This document shows, piece after piece, positions 24,493 through 33,726 of a DNA stretch of 33,726 bases. The stretch is from a virus (taxonomy: Duplodnaviria > Caudoviricetes), in IMG/VR virus record IMGVR_UViG_3300037419_000887, positions 1 to 33,726 of that record, one strand, 5' to 3'. The translations under genes were made by a program, and so were the position numbers. The notes below the pieces were generated by a model. The model was given only the letters and a program-made list of their open reading frames with translations, was not told the DNA's origin and did not search any database. How positions within the stretch are numbered: the stretch's first letter is position 1; each line of letters begins with the position of its first letter.

Positions 24493-25638
24493 ATGAAGGA
24501 ACTTATTGAAAAACGTAATGCTATGTTGGACGAGCTTGACGCTATTCTAGCAAAAGCAAAAGAAGAGACTCGTGCTTTTGATGAGGACGAGTTGAAGAAA
24601 GTTGAAGAACTTAAAAATGAAATCCGCAAAATTGATGATTCCATCAAGGCGGAAGAAGAGGTGAGAGGATTGGAAAAGAAAGAAGTTAAAACTCCTGAAA
24701 CAAGATCCGCTGAAGAAATCCGTGCGGAAGTAATCGCAAAAGAAGAAAGAGATTTCGTATCATTCTTACGTGGTGAAACTCGTACTGCCGGAAGCTTAGG
24801 CACATCTGGAAACGGTTCAGTGATCCCGGTTTCTGTTGCTTCAAAAATCGTTGATAAGGTGAAAAACATTTCTCCTGTGTTATCACTTGCAACTATTTAT
24901 GATGTAAAAGGCGATCTTGTGATTCCTGCGTCTGATTACACTGCTTTCTCTGCTGGATACCAAAATGACCTTGCTCAATTAACATCTGTAGCAACTAACT
25001 TCTCTGGTGTTACTTTACGCGATAACATCGTTGGTGCTTTAACTCTTATCTCTAAGAGCTTAATCAACCGCGCTGATATTGACGTTGTTCCTTTTGTTGT
25101 TAACGAGTTAGCTAAAAACATTGCTTTGTTCCTTGAGTCTGAGCTTGTTGCTGGTGCTGGTGGAGCTGGTAAATTGAACGGTTTACCAACTGGAACAAAT
25201 ACTTTCGCTGGTGGTACTACTCTTGTGATCACTGCTCAAGAATTAATTAAAGTTCAATTGTCTGTTCCTCAAGCGTTACAAGCTGGATCAGTTTGGATCA
25301 TGCACCCTCAAACTCTTGCTTACATTCAAGGGTTAACTGCTGGCGCTGGTAACAACATGCTTATCATGGGTAACTCTTTAAGTGAAGACGCTCCATTTAC
25401 TTTACTTGGAAAACCTGTTTATGTTTCTGATCAAATGCCTCAAATCGGTGTTAACGCGAAAGAAATTTTCTACGGTAACATCACTGAAGCTCTTGCGATC
25501 AAATTCGTTAACGGTGTATCAATGCAAGTATTACAAGAGCGTTTTGCTGATCAATACGCTGTTGGTGCTGTTGCTTACTGTGAAGTTGACGCGGCTATCG
25601 TTAACCAACAAGCACTTGTTGCTTACGTTGGTAAGTAA
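24493..25638 (+). CDS. Major capsid protein, HK97 fold with N-terminal delta domain
   Basis: Coiled-coil N-terminus, GSVIP, ISKSLI, WIMHP, TLLGKPVYVSDQMP, FYGN. Confidence 0.95.
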   Translation: MKELIEKRNAMLDELDAILAKAKEETRAFDEDELKKVEELKNEIRKIDDSIKAEEEVRGLEKKEVKTPETRSAEEIRAEVIAKEERDFVSFLRGETRTAGSLGTSGNGSVIPVSVASKIVDKVKNISPVLSLATIYDVKGDLVIPASDYTAFSAGYQNDLAQLTSVATNFSGVTLRDNIVGALTLISKSLINRADIDVVPFVVNELAKNIALFLESELVAGAGGAGKLNGLPTGTNTFAGGTTLVITAQELIKVQLSVPQALQAGSVWIMHPQTLAYIQGLTAGAGNNMLIMGNSLSEDAPFTLLGKPVYVSDQMPQIGVNAKEIFYGNITEALAIKFVNGVSMQVLQERFADQYAVGAVAYCEVDAAIVNQQALVAYVGK

Positions 25639-25648
25639 TTTATAAAAT

Positions 25649-25674
25649 GGGCGGGGTTCTCCCCGTCCTATTTA
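25649..25674 (+). terminator. Terminator after the capsid gene
   Basis: GGGCGGGG-ttct-CCCCGTCC followed by TATTT. Confidence 0.7.
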
Positions 25675-25693
25675 TTAACAAAGGAGTGATACG

Positions 25694-25855
25694 ATGAAAA
25701 TCAAGTTTTCAAAAGACTTGTATTCGATTCTCGGTCACTATTACGCTGGCGAGGTTTATGAGCTTAGTCATGACAAAGAAATCATTGAAAACTGGATTGA
25801 GCAAGGTTTTTGTGAAATTGTCAAGACGCGTTCTCGTAAGGCTGGTGAGAAGTAA
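25694..25855 (+). CDS. Small head-associated hypothetical protein (53 aa)
   Basis: MKIKFSKDLYSILGHYYAGEVYEL...WIEQGFCEIVK; RBS AAGGAG; TAATG coupling. Confidence 0.75.
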   Translation: MKIKFSKDLYSILGHYYAGEVYELSHDKEIIENWIEQGFCEIVKTRSRKAGEK

Positions 25856-26160
25856 TGAAGATGAGTGAGGTACAAGTGTCGGATATCAAACAATATGCGA
25901 ATATTTTCTTTGATGACGACGACAATATGCTATCAACTATCTTACAAGCTGGTAAGGTTTTTATCTCAAACTATATCGGAATTCCACTTACAAGTGATGA
26001 CCCGCTGGTCGACTGTTGTGATAATCATGAAGACTTAACCATTGCTCTTTTTGTATTATGTAATGAAATGTATGACGTTCGTAACTTTACAGTAGAAGCG
26101 TCCAAAATAAATTTTGTTATAAAATCTATTCTTGAGATTTATGCGGTGAATTTATTATGA
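25855..26160 (+). CDS. Head-tail connector (HK97 gp6-like)
   Basis: IKQYANIFFDDDD, LCNEMYDVR; position after the capsid gene. Confidence 0.85.
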   Translation: MKMSEVQVSDIKQYANIFFDDDDNMLSTILQAGKVFISNYIGIPLTSDDPLVDCCDNHEDLTIALFVLCNEMYDVRNFTVEASKINFVIKSILEIYAVNLL

Positions 26161-26498
26161 GTCGCTATCGTGTAGAGTCTGGTCGTTATCGTCAACCTGC
26201 AGAACTGCAAAAGAGACAAATGGGAAAGAACTCCTATGGTGAAACAACTGAGGATTGGTTAACGGTTGCAAATATCCGTTGTAGTGTTCAACCGATTAAC
26301 GGGAGAGAGTTTTTTGATAAAGAAGCGGTGAACTCCAAAATAACTCATCGGATTCGATTGAGACATAGTAAGAGTTTGCAAGTTACTCCTGATATGAGAC
26401 TTATTTATATGAGTCGCGTATTTACGATCACGAGTGTTATTGACTATCAGGAGCAACACAATGAAATTCAACTCATGTGTGAGGAGTTGGTACAATGA
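26157..26498 (+). CDS. Head closure protein (SPP1 gp16-like)
   Basis: GRYRQ, NSYGE, PINGREFF, THRIRLR, VTPDMRL, LMCEE. Confidence 0.9.
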   Translation: MSRYRVESGRYRQPAELQKRQMGKNSYGETTEDWLTVANIRCSVQPINGREFFDKEAVNSKITHRIRLRHSKSLQVTPDMRLIYMSRVFTITSVIDYQEQHNEIQLMCEELVQ

Positions 26499-26986
26499 GT
26501 GGTCCTGTGGTGTCATTTCAAATTGAAGGCATGCAAGAATTACTTGAAGACCTTCACGATCTTAGCGATAAAGCACCAAAAGCGGCTTTATCAAAAGGTG
26601 TCCGAAAAGGTGCAAACAAGATTATGCGTGACGCGAAAGCTGACGTTCCTGTTTATTCCGGTACACTTAGAAATTCATTAAAGCTTAAAACTGAAAAAGG
26701 TAATCGTGGAATGTTGAAAACGGTTGTTGATGTCATGTTTGATCCTGCTTTTAATAGTGTCTTGCAAAAACATGTCAATAACGCTGGTAAATATGGCGGT
26801 ACTCCTGGACCTGGTAATACTTATTATTATCCTGCTTCAATGGAGTATGGGTTTAGAACCGGTCAAGGTTGGAGTCCTGGTCACTATTTCTTAAAACATG
26901 CTCGTGATATGAACGACCAAACTTTTCCGGATACCATTGAAGAAGCTCTTAACGTGGAGCTCGCAAAACTTAGAGTAATGAGGTGA
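26495..26986 (+). CDS. HK97 gp10-like neck/tail completion protein
   Basis: IEGMQEL, VPVYSGTLRNSL, MEYG, HYFLKHA. Confidence 0.85.
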   Translation: MSGPVVSFQIEGMQELLEDLHDLSDKAPKAALSKGVRKGANKIMRDAKADVPVYSGTLRNSLKLKTEKGNRGMLKTVVDVMFDPAFNSVLQKHVNNAGKYGGTPGPGNTYYYPASMEYGFRTGQGWSPGHYFLKHARDMNDQTFPDTIEEALNVELAKLRVMR

Positions 26987-26987
26987 T

Positions 26988-27380
26988 ATGATGTCACTGG
27001 ATTTTGAACAAGCTTTATATATCGAGTTGACATCTGTCACCGGTATAGGTGAAGTCTTTCCTTTGAATGTCATTGAAGGTACGAAAGCTCCATATTGTGT
27101 ATATGAGTCAAGTATCGGAATGGAAGAAAAAACGCTTGACGGATATACAAGTTCAATGGAAATGGATTGCACGTTGTATATTATTCAAAGTTCTTATGCT
27201 GAATTAAAACAAGTTTCTCGTAATGTTTTAGATTTATTGAAATCCTTTCAGAGTCGAAAAATTGGCGACCCTGACGATGGGGTGATGGTTTATGATTTTT
27301 CATATGAAAATATCAAAGAACTGTATGACCCTGAAACGTTTTTATATCAAAATACAATCGGATTTACTGTCCGAATTTAG
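26988..27380 (+). CDS. Tail terminator (DUF3168-like)
   Basis: VFPL...APYCVY...TLDG; position before the tail tube gene. Confidence 0.8.
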   Translation: MMSLDFEQALYIELTSVTGIGEVFPLNVIEGTKAPYCVYESSIGMEEKTLDGYTSSMEMDCTLYIIQSSYAELKQVSRNVLDLLKSFQSRKIGDPDDGVMVYDFSYENIKELYDPETFLYQNTIGFTVRI

Positions 27381-27394
27381 AGGAGGAAAAATTG

Positions 27395-27838
27395 ATGACT
27401 ACTGCTCCAAATACTGTTATCACTTCACAAGGTACGAAATTAGGTATTGGCGCTACTCCTACCTGGGTAGCAAACTTAACATCTATCGACGGTCTTGATG
27501 TAAAGGTGAACACTATTGACACGACTACTCTTGATAATACAAATGGTTATAAAACGTTTGTATCTGGTTTCAAAGAGGTTTCTGACGTTTCGATTTCCGG
27601 TTTTCTTGATACGTCAAACGATCAACAATTCTGGACTGCGATCAATTCAGAAGGAACTCAAGCGCCTCAACAATTCACGATTCAGTTTCCTGCTGTTGGT
27701 GGACAAGTAACAGGAACCGCTTGGACTTTCACTGGATTAGTTAACGGATTCAAGACAAAAGCTGGTATTGATTCAATCGTTTCATTCGACGCTACTTTGA
27801 AAGTAATCGGTGCACCGACTCTTACTTTCGGAGAGTAA
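27395..27838 (+). CDS. Major tail tube protein
   Basis: GTKLGIG, IDTTTLD, KTFVSGFK, WTFTGLV, FDATLKVIGAP. Confidence 0.9.
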   Translation: MTTAPNTVITSQGTKLGIGATPTWVANLTSIDGLDVKVNTIDTTTLDNTNGYKTFVSGFKEVSDVSISGFLDTSNDQQFWTAINSEGTQAPQQFTIQFPAVGGQVTGTAWTFTGLVNGFKTKAGIDSIVSFDATLKVIGAPTLTFGE

Positions 27839-27851
27839 TAATGTAATCCGC

Positions 27852-27886
27852 TGACGGTGGCGGTAGAAAATCACCGTCACTCTTTT
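27852..27886 (+). terminator. Terminator after the tail tube gene
   Basis: TGACGGTGG-N10-TCACCGTCA followed by CTCTTTT. Confidence 0.65.
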
Positions 27887-27938
27887 AAAAATTTTATTAT
27901 TAATAAAACAATATTCAACTCAGGAGGAGTTAGTTCAA

Positions 27939-28289
27939 ATGGCTAAAAATAATGACGTTGTAATTATAAATCTTGGTGGACGTGATAGAGAATTGCGTTT
28001 CGGTCACAAGGCGCTTAAAAACTTTCAAGCTATTTCAAACATTGGACTTGAAGAAATTGGTCAAGGTGGTTTCGATCTTGAAACGATTGAAAAGTTAATC
28101 TATTGCGGATTATTATCTGACGCTCGTAAACAAGGTGAAAATCTTAAACTTGAAGATATGGAAGATTGGCTTGATGAGGTTCCCGAGTTTAATAAAGTAG
28201 TTGATAAAATGACACTTGCGTTAAGTAATGCTTTTGGTACTGCTAAAGAAGACCCAAACTCAAAGAGGGTAGCACCCGCGAAGAAATAA
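27939..28289 (+). CDS. Tail assembly chaperone (gpG-like)
   Basis: RELRFGHKAL, LIYCGL; lies between the tube and tape measure genes. Confidence 0.85.
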   Translation: MAKNNDVVIINLGGRDRELRFGHKALKNFQAISNIGLEEIGQGGFDLETIEKLIYCGLLSDARKQGENLKLEDMEDWLDEVPEFNKVVDKMTLALSNAFGTAKEDPNSKRVAPAKK

Positions 28290-28609
28290 AAGAGTGGGAC
28301 TGGGATGAGTCCTTAAAGGTTGCTATCCAATTAGGAATAGGTTTTTCTGAATACAATGAAATCACTCCTCATGAGTTGAATATTGCTGTGCATGCTTTTG
28401 AAGAAAAGAATAAAAAAGAAGCGGAAAGTGATTTACTAACTGCTTATATGACCGCGTATTTCCATCGTGTCGATAAACTTGAAAGCTTTGAACATTATCA
28501 TAAAAAGTTTTCAGGACAAGAAGAGGAAAAGAGATTCATGACCGATGAAGAAATGCTTGCAAAAGTTGCTGAGCTTAACGCTGTTTTTGGTGGTAGCACT
28601 TCAAAGTAA
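28253..28609 (+). CDS. Tail assembly chaperone gpT part, reached by -1 frameshift at C CCA AAC
   Basis: Slippery heptamer 28253-28259 in X XXY YYZ register; the -1 frame is open (PKLKEG...EITPHELN...) into the 28376-28609 ORF. Confidence 0.85.
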   Translation, partial: PKLKEGSTREEIKEWDWDESLKVAIQLGIGFSEYNEITPHELNIAVHAFEEKNKKEAESDLLTAYMTAYFHRVDKLESFEHYHKKFSGQEEEKRFMTDEEMLAKVAELNAVFGGSTSK

Positions 28610-28647
28610 GTGTTACCTTTCTTTTTATTACTCCCGAAAGGAGGAAA

Positions 28648-31065
28648 ATGATGGCTACTCGTAATATAATCGTCCGTGCCGGAGCGGATTTCTCTGGTCT
28701 GTCTGCTGCTTTCCGTCAAGCTGGAATTCAGACGGTACAATTTCAAAACCAAATGACTCATTCACTTGGTCAAATAGGACTCGCTATGGAAGGTCTTAAA
28801 TTGATTGGTGAAACCATCATCGGTACGTTTGAAGGGATCAATGAGTTTGCACAAGGTGCGGGTGAACTCGATGGTCGATTGTCATCCCTTGATAAACGTC
28901 TTGGCAATAGTGCCACTGCTTTCATGGAGTGGGGTGATACCGTCGGTAAGTCAATGGGTCTTTCAAAGGCAATGATTATTGAACAAGGTGCAACGATTTC
29001 CGCTATGTTAATGCCTCTGGCTAGTACCACAAGTCAATTGACTCAAATGACGGAAGATATGATGAAAGACGTCGCAATTGTTTCCGCTGCAACTGGTCGG
29101 TCAATGGATGAGGTATCTCAACGTATGATTTCTGCTCTTGCCGGTAACGGTGAGGCTGTTCGTATGATTGACTTGAACGTAATGGAAATGGCGCTCACTC
29201 ATTCACAAGCTTACAAACAAATTGCAAACGGTACACCTTGGGCGCAATTAAATGCGGAACAAAAAGAAGCAATCCTATTGACTGAAATGCACCGACAAGT
29301 TGTTGAGAAGTTTGGTAATACGGTTATTGAAGACGTTGCAACAAGAATGAACCGTTTTCATTCTTCACTTTCAAATGTTAAAACGAGTCTTCAAATGGCG
29401 TTTCAACCGATTCTCTTTACAGTGCTTCCGATACTTACCGCTTTTATTGATAAGATAAACAGGGCGTTAATGTATGTCACTGCTTTCTTTCAAGTCTTGT
29501 TTGGTTATTCTGGTGCTGTTCAAAATCAGACAAAAGGGATCAAGGATCAAGCTGGTGCGATAAATGATCTGGCTAGTGCTCATGGCAAACTCGCAAATGC
29601 TGCGGGTAAGAGTGGAAAAGATAAAGCAAAGAAAACAAAGAGTGACTTCACCGCTTCCTTTGACCAAGTTCATACGATTCCGACTTCCAGTTCTGCTAGT
29701 GGTGCTGGTTCTGCCGCTGACGCTGCTGGTATTGCTGACCCAATGGAAGGTATGACGGAAGGTCTTATTGATGATGGGAAGAAGCAAAAAGAAGAAATGG
29801 ATAAAATTCGTAAGAATATGGCGGCTCTTGTTGCTGATTTAAAAGATAAGTTTTCAAATCTTACATCTATTATCCAAAATCACAAAACACTCATTGTTTC
29901 TGCTTTGGCTGGTATTGGCGCCGCTCTTACGACTTTCCTTATTGTTAAGAACTGGAGTTCGATTGTTGCTAGTGTTACCGGTGCTTTTTCAGGTCTATCT
30001 GCAATAATGGGCGCGATTCTTTCACCCATTGGTCTGGTCGTTATCGCTATCGCTGCACTTGTTGGTATTTTCGTCTACCTATGGAAAACAAACAAAGATT
30101 TCAGAAATGGTGTCATTAAATTATGGGATGAGATCTCTGGTTTCTTTAAGAAAATCGGGAAAGATATGTGGTCGTCACTCAAAGAGGTATGGGATAAGTA
30201 CGGTAAGGACATTTATGAAAATCTAAAGGGTATAGTCGAGAAAATTGGAAATATTATTCTGTCCCTTTGGAATAAGTTCTTCAAGCCGGTGTTGATGGAT
30301 GGGATTAAAAACGCCCGTGATCTTTGGGACAAACATCTCAGAGGTATGTTCGGAGCTGTTGCTGACTGTGTTGGAAAAATAATAGCTGACGGACTCAAGA
30401 TTTTAAATAAATTTGTTTTACCGGTCATTTCCTATTTAGTCGACAAACTCGCTCCAACTTTCAAAGATGTGTTCAAATATGTATGGGCATGGGTAGATTG
30501 GGCGGCTGGTTTGATCGCTGATTCGGTAAAGGGCTTGATAAAAATCTTTGGCGGAATTATTGATTTTCTGACTGGCGTCTTTACTGGTGACTGGAAACAA
30601 GCCTGGAACGGTGTTTCCACTGTGTTCAAAACGATCGCTAACGGTCTGAAGGAAATTTTCAAGGCTCCGCTGAACTGGATCATCGGTCAAATCAATAACG
30701 TTATCAACAGTGTCAATAAACTAAGTAGTCAATTACCTGACTTCTTAGGTGGAAAAGCCCTTCACATTCCTAACATTCCGAAACTTGCAAAAGGTGGTAT
30801 CACAAGTGGTCCTATGCTTGCAATGATCGGTGATAATCCCGGTGGTCGTGAAGTTGTTGCTCCACTTGATCGACTTCAAGATATCATGTCATCTTCTGTT
30901 GCAAACGCGGTCAATGCCGCTCTTGCTTTTCAAGGTGGTAACAGAGGTCAAGGTGGCGACATTATTCTTAATATTGACGGTCGTTCTTTTGCTCGAATAG
31001 TGAAACCATATATTGACGGTGAGAACAAGCGTGTCGGTACTAACGTTCGTCTTAAACAAATTTAG
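28648..31065 (+). CDS. Tape measure protein
   Basis: About 805 aa, helical, hydrophobic segment, Trp/Phe-periodic repeats, IPKLAKGGI...MIGD...EVVAPL C-terminus. Confidence 0.93.
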   Translation: MMATRNIIVRAGADFSGLSAAFRQAGIQTVQFQNQMTHSLGQIGLAMEGLKLIGETIIGTFEGINEFAQGAGELDGRLSSLDKRLGNSATAFMEWGDTVGKSMGLSKAMIIEQGATISAMLMPLASTTSQLTQMTEDMMKDVAIVSAATGRSMDEVSQRMISALAGNGEAVRMIDLNVMEMALTHSQAYKQIANGTPWAQLNAEQKEAILLTEMHRQVVEKFGNTVIEDVATRMNRFHSSLSNVKTSLQMAFQPILFTVLPILTAFIDKINRALMYVTAFFQVLFGYSGAVQNQTKGIKDQAGAINDLASAHGKLANAAGKSGKDKAKKTKSDFTASFDQVHTIPTSSSASGAGSAADAAGIADPMEGMTEGLIDDGKKQKEEMDKIRKNMAALVADLKDKFSNLTSIIQNHKTLIVSALAGIGAALTTFLIVKNWSSIVASVTGAFSGLSAIMGAILSPIGLVVIAIAALVGIFVYLWKTNKDFRNGVIKLWDEISGFFKKIGKDMWSSLKEVWDKYGKDIYENLKGIVEKIGNIILSLWNKFFKPVLMDGIKNARDLWDKHLRGMFGAVADCVGKIIADGLKILNKFVLPVISYLVDKLAPTFKDVFKYVWAWVDWAAGLIADSVKGLIKIFGGIIDFLTGVFTGDWKQAWNGVSTVFKTIANGLKEIFKAPLNWIIGQINNVINSVNKLSSQLPDFLGGKALHIPNIPKLAKGGITSGPMLAMIGDNPGGREVVAPLDRLQDIMSSSVANAVNAALAFQGGNRGQGGDIILNIDGRSFARIVKPYIDGENKRVGTNVRLKQI

Positions 31066-31077
31066 GAGGTGTAGCTT

Positions 31078-31428
31078 GTGTCAATGATTCAAGTGAGCGG
31101 TGTGGCTATTGCTACACCTGCTGATTTTCAAGTGATGATTGCTGATATTTCAAAGGCTCAACGTAACGCGCAAGGTAATATGATTATTGAACGTATCAAC
31201 ACGAAACGTACACTCTCATTATCTTATAATTTTTTAACACAAGATGATTGTGCGAAAATCTTGCAAGCTGTTGCTCCGGTTTCGTTTTCAGTGACATATC
31301 CTGATCCACAAACGGGCGTAAACAGAACATCGAACTTTTATTGTGGAGATAGAAACCTTGGAATTATTGATTTCCTTGGGGGCGCTCCTCGATATAAAGA
31401 TGTCAAATTTACGCTCGTCGAGTTGTAG
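31078..31428 (+). CDS. Distal tail / minor tail protein
   Basis: RNAQGNMI, VTYPDP, FYCGDR, FTLVEL; directly follows the tape measure gene. Confidence 0.75.
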   Translation: MSMIQVSGVAIATPADFQVMIADISKAQRNAQGNMIIERINTKRTLSLSYNFLTQDDCAKILQAVAPVSFSVTYPDPQTGVNRTSNFYCGDRNLGIIDFLGGAPRYKDVKFTLVEL

Positions 31429-31440
31429 GAGGTCTGACGT

Positions 31441-32646
31441 ATGATACCGGTATCAAATGCTTTCAAAAATGCGGTCACTGCTACGTCTCGTCAATTCGAC
31501 GCTAGACTTACACTCAATGTTCCGGGATATATCACAAATGGTGTTTACGGTGATGATGTAATTATTAATTTCAACATTGTTGAAGAATATACAACATTAT
31601 CCGACACGCTCCCATCTGATCAATGTACGATCACGCTTGATAATCAATATGGTACATTCAATTATCTATCCTATAATAATATGACATCCATTCTAGCGAG
31701 TACGCCGACAATGTTCGTTGAGCTTGGGTTACACCTGGACATCAACGATCCGGCGTCCGCTATTGAGTGGATTCCTGCTGGATATTTCTTTATGGATAGC
31801 TGGAAGATGGATCCGATTATGAAGACGGTGACGCTTATTGGTCATGACTGGTTGACTAAAATTTCAAACTATGATTTCCCGCCTGGTACTTTCACAAGTA
31901 TGAATGATGTTGTCACGAAAGTTTTTCAGATTGTCGGATGTAGTAATTATAGTATCGACCCGGTTGTTTCGAGTTCGATCTATAATACGTCTAAGATAAC
32001 CACTCAAGATATGGATTGTCGTCAAGCGTTACAATTTGTGGGCATTGCTACAAACTGCGCGGTTTATCAAGATCGTTATGGGAAGATGATGGTGAAACCA
32101 TTCTCAACACTTCTTAATAACGGTGTGTTTAGTTCCTACGCTAGTACACAATCGAGACTTTTCGGATATGCAACGACTCAATACAATGTGTATCCTGAAA
32201 TTAATGATGACGGTGGAAACAGAAGAATATCAATGGCGAACATGTTTGAAATTCCGATGATTGATCTTCAATTGTCCATTTATCAATTAAAGATAAATGT
32301 GTATAGTTCTGGAAGCGTCAATCATTCACCGATTTATATCAATCCGCGTATGGGTAACGGTAGTAATGGAGTCGCGTTTACGATTGATAATCCGTTTATT
32401 GATTCCGATACGATAGCTCAAAAAGTAGCAGATTTTTACTTTGCTGAGTCTAACTATAACGCGAATTATACTTGTCAATGGAGACAAAATCCGTCCATTC
32501 AATGTGGCGATATCGTATTGGTCGATGATGGTCAAACGGTTGACGGTGTGGTTTTTGCTTCAAATAAGATATCTCGAGTGACAAGACAAGAGTTCAATTA
32601 TGAAGGTGCACTTTCCGGGACAAGTGAAGTTCGTGGCGGTGCTTAA
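31441..32646 (+). CDS. Baseplate hub / minor tail protein
   Basis: MIPVSNAFK, EWIPAGYF, YQDRYG, WRQNPSIQCGDIV. Confidence 0.75.
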   Translation: MIPVSNAFKNAVTATSRQFDARLTLNVPGYITNGVYGDDVIINFNIVEEYTTLSDTLPSDQCTITLDNQYGTFNYLSYNNMTSILASTPTMFVELGLHLDINDPASAIEWIPAGYFFMDSWKMDPIMKTVTLIGHDWLTKISNYDFPPGTFTSMNDVVTKVFQIVGCSNYSIDPVVSSSIYNTSKITTQDMDCRQALQFVGIATNCAVYQDRYGKMMVKPFSTLLNNGVFSSYASTQSRLFGYATTQYNVYPEINDDGGNRRISMANMFEIPMIDLQLSIYQLKINVYSSGSVNHSPIYINPRMGNGSNGVAFTIDNPFIDSDTIAQKVADFYFAESNYNANYTCQWRQNPSIQCGDIVLVDDGQTVDGVVFASNKISRVTRQEFNYEGALSGTSEVRGGA

Positions 32647-32647
32647 C

Positions 32648-32674
32648 GGAGGTCTCTTTTTGAGATCTCTTTTT
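32648..32674 (+). terminator. Intrinsic terminator
   Basis: GGAGGTCTC-ttttt-GAGATCTCT followed by TTTT. Confidence 0.65.
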
Positions 32675-32699
32675 AATATAAACTTTTAGGAGGTCAAAT

Positions 32700-33458
32700 A
32701 TGGCTTACCCATATGTAAGAACGACATGGCAAGACCGACAAGTTCAAAATCCGATGAATTTTACCGCAACTGGTACCGCTGCCGCTACTCAAGGTGGTTC
32801 CATTGTATTGACTCCAAACGAGGGCGCGGTTACTCAAACGGGTACTCCTTTAACTGCTGCAACGATGAACAATATTGAGCAAGGAATTGTTGATTTAGGA
32901 ACGAACAAGCTGGATAAAACTGCTAAATTGGATGATATTTCGGATGTGGATTTAACAGGCGCATCTGCCGGTGACATTCTAGAATTCGATGGGGTCAATT
33001 GGAAAAAGGGAACACAATCCTTTTCACAAACATTTTTTCCTGTAAATGATTCGACAATTCCATCATCTGTTTATACGGACATTCAATTTGGTAGTCAATC
33101 GCAAAAAAATTGGTCTACGTCACAAAATTGTTATGTTGTTCCTGTTGATGGTCTATATAAAATAGATGTGAATTTTCGATATGTTGGTTTGACGGGAACA
33201 TATTCAGCACCAAAAAATTGTTTTTCTCAATTTACTGTTAACGGTGTAGCAAAACCATTGACTTATGGTCCGGCTTTATGGAGTGAAATGCAACAATACG
33301 GTTGTAACACAATAAATTTACGGGCAGGGGATAAAGTTAAATTTCAAGTCTATTTTACAGGTGGAGGAAGTTTCGATGGTGGCTCTTGGTCTTCTGTTAC
33401 TATTTCTCTTTTAAAAGATGGAATCAATCCTGTAATTCCCGGGAGCGTAATCAGTTAA
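32700..33458 (+). CDS. Tail fibre / receptor-binding protein with C1q/TNF-like head
   Basis: YVRTTWQD...GTPLTAATMNNIEQGI attachment region, LDDISDV...GDILEFDGVNW linker, YVVPVDGLYKID...INLRAGDKVKFQVY head. Confidence 0.7.
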   Translation: MAYPYVRTTWQDRQVQNPMNFTATGTAAATQGGSIVLTPNEGAVTQTGTPLTAATMNNIEQGIVDLGTNKLDKTAKLDDISDVDLTGASAGDILEFDGVNWKKGTQSFSQTFFPVNDSTIPSSVYTDIQFGSQSQKNWSTSQNCYVVPVDGLYKIDVNFRYVGLTGTYSAPKNCFSQFTVNGVAKPLTYGPALWSEMQQYGCNTINLRAGDKVKFQVYFTGGGSFDGGSWSSVTISLLKDGINPVIPGSVIS

Positions 33459-33496
33459 ATTTTATTAATAGACAAATAGATAAGGGGTTGTTGAGT

Positions 33497-33726
33497 GTGC
33501 CGGATATCCAACTTACTAGCGACACTATTCAATTGATTGCTGTGCTTGGTACTTTGTTTGGAGGTATTATTACGGGATGGATCACTTTTGTCGTGTCAAA
33601 AATGAATTCCAACGCGGATATTCAAAAGTTTTATGAGGAGAAAATTTCTCAACTTTTGGAGACACAATCAAGAGAGATACGAGACTTGAAGGCTGAAAAT
33701 GAAAGACTAGTAAATGAAGTTAAAGC
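33497..33726 (+). CDS. Holin-like or lysis accessory membrane protein, truncated by the window edge
   Basis: GTG start after AAGGGG; MPDIQLTSDTIQLIAVLGTLFGGIITGWITFVVSK (one TM segment) then coiled coil; follows the tail genes. Confidence 0.55.
   Translation, partial: MPDIQLTSDTIQLIAVLGTLFGGIITGWITFVVSKMNSNADIQKFYEEKISQLLETQSREIRDLKAENERLVNEVK

Noticed and set aside
21508-32535. Many short alternate-frame and antisense ORFs within structural genes
   Set aside because: They are nested in well-supported genes and show no recognisable motifs.
32700-33458. Diversity-generating retroelement target
   Set aside because: No reverse transcriptase and no template-repeat copy of the 3' end in the window.

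Overview
A 33.7 kb segment of a Bacillaceae-type siphovirus (GGAGG Shine-Dalgarno sites, HK97-fold head, non-contractile tail) that spans the probable cos junction at about 18.5 kb. The left part (1-14.9 kb) carries a class II ribonucleotide reductase that runs off the window and is missing from the ORF track, an MBL hydrolase, PhoH, DUF1351, an SSB-like protein, a phage sigma factor, a family B DNA polymerase, a primase-SF3 helicase, dNMP kinase, a MazG-like protein, a DNA methyltransferase and a terminase-type HNH. The middle (14.9-19.2 kb) holds an accessory plasmid-like module and a dense non-coding control region. The right part (19.2 kb to end) has a lectin-like gene pair, then the packaging, head and tail operon and a partial lysis gene. 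The most notable structure is non-coding. (1) Seven copies of a bipartite motif TTGTGCAA-N15/16-TGATA(A/T)AG sit in front of operons and probably define the regulon of the phage sigma factor. (2) Two copies of a GGTAGC-iteron/AT-rich origin-like element lie 16.2 kb apart and share an exact 69-bp core. (3) An array of eleven phased 8-bp units precedes an operon encoding a ribbon-helix-helix-like protein. (4) A G-rich strand-biased repeat tract with a canonical G-quadruplex motif lies beside the cos candidate. (5) A structured RNA leader opens the late operon. No integrase, repressor, tRNA, rRNA or CRISPR array was seen. Family assignments come from motifs recognised by eye, not from database searches.
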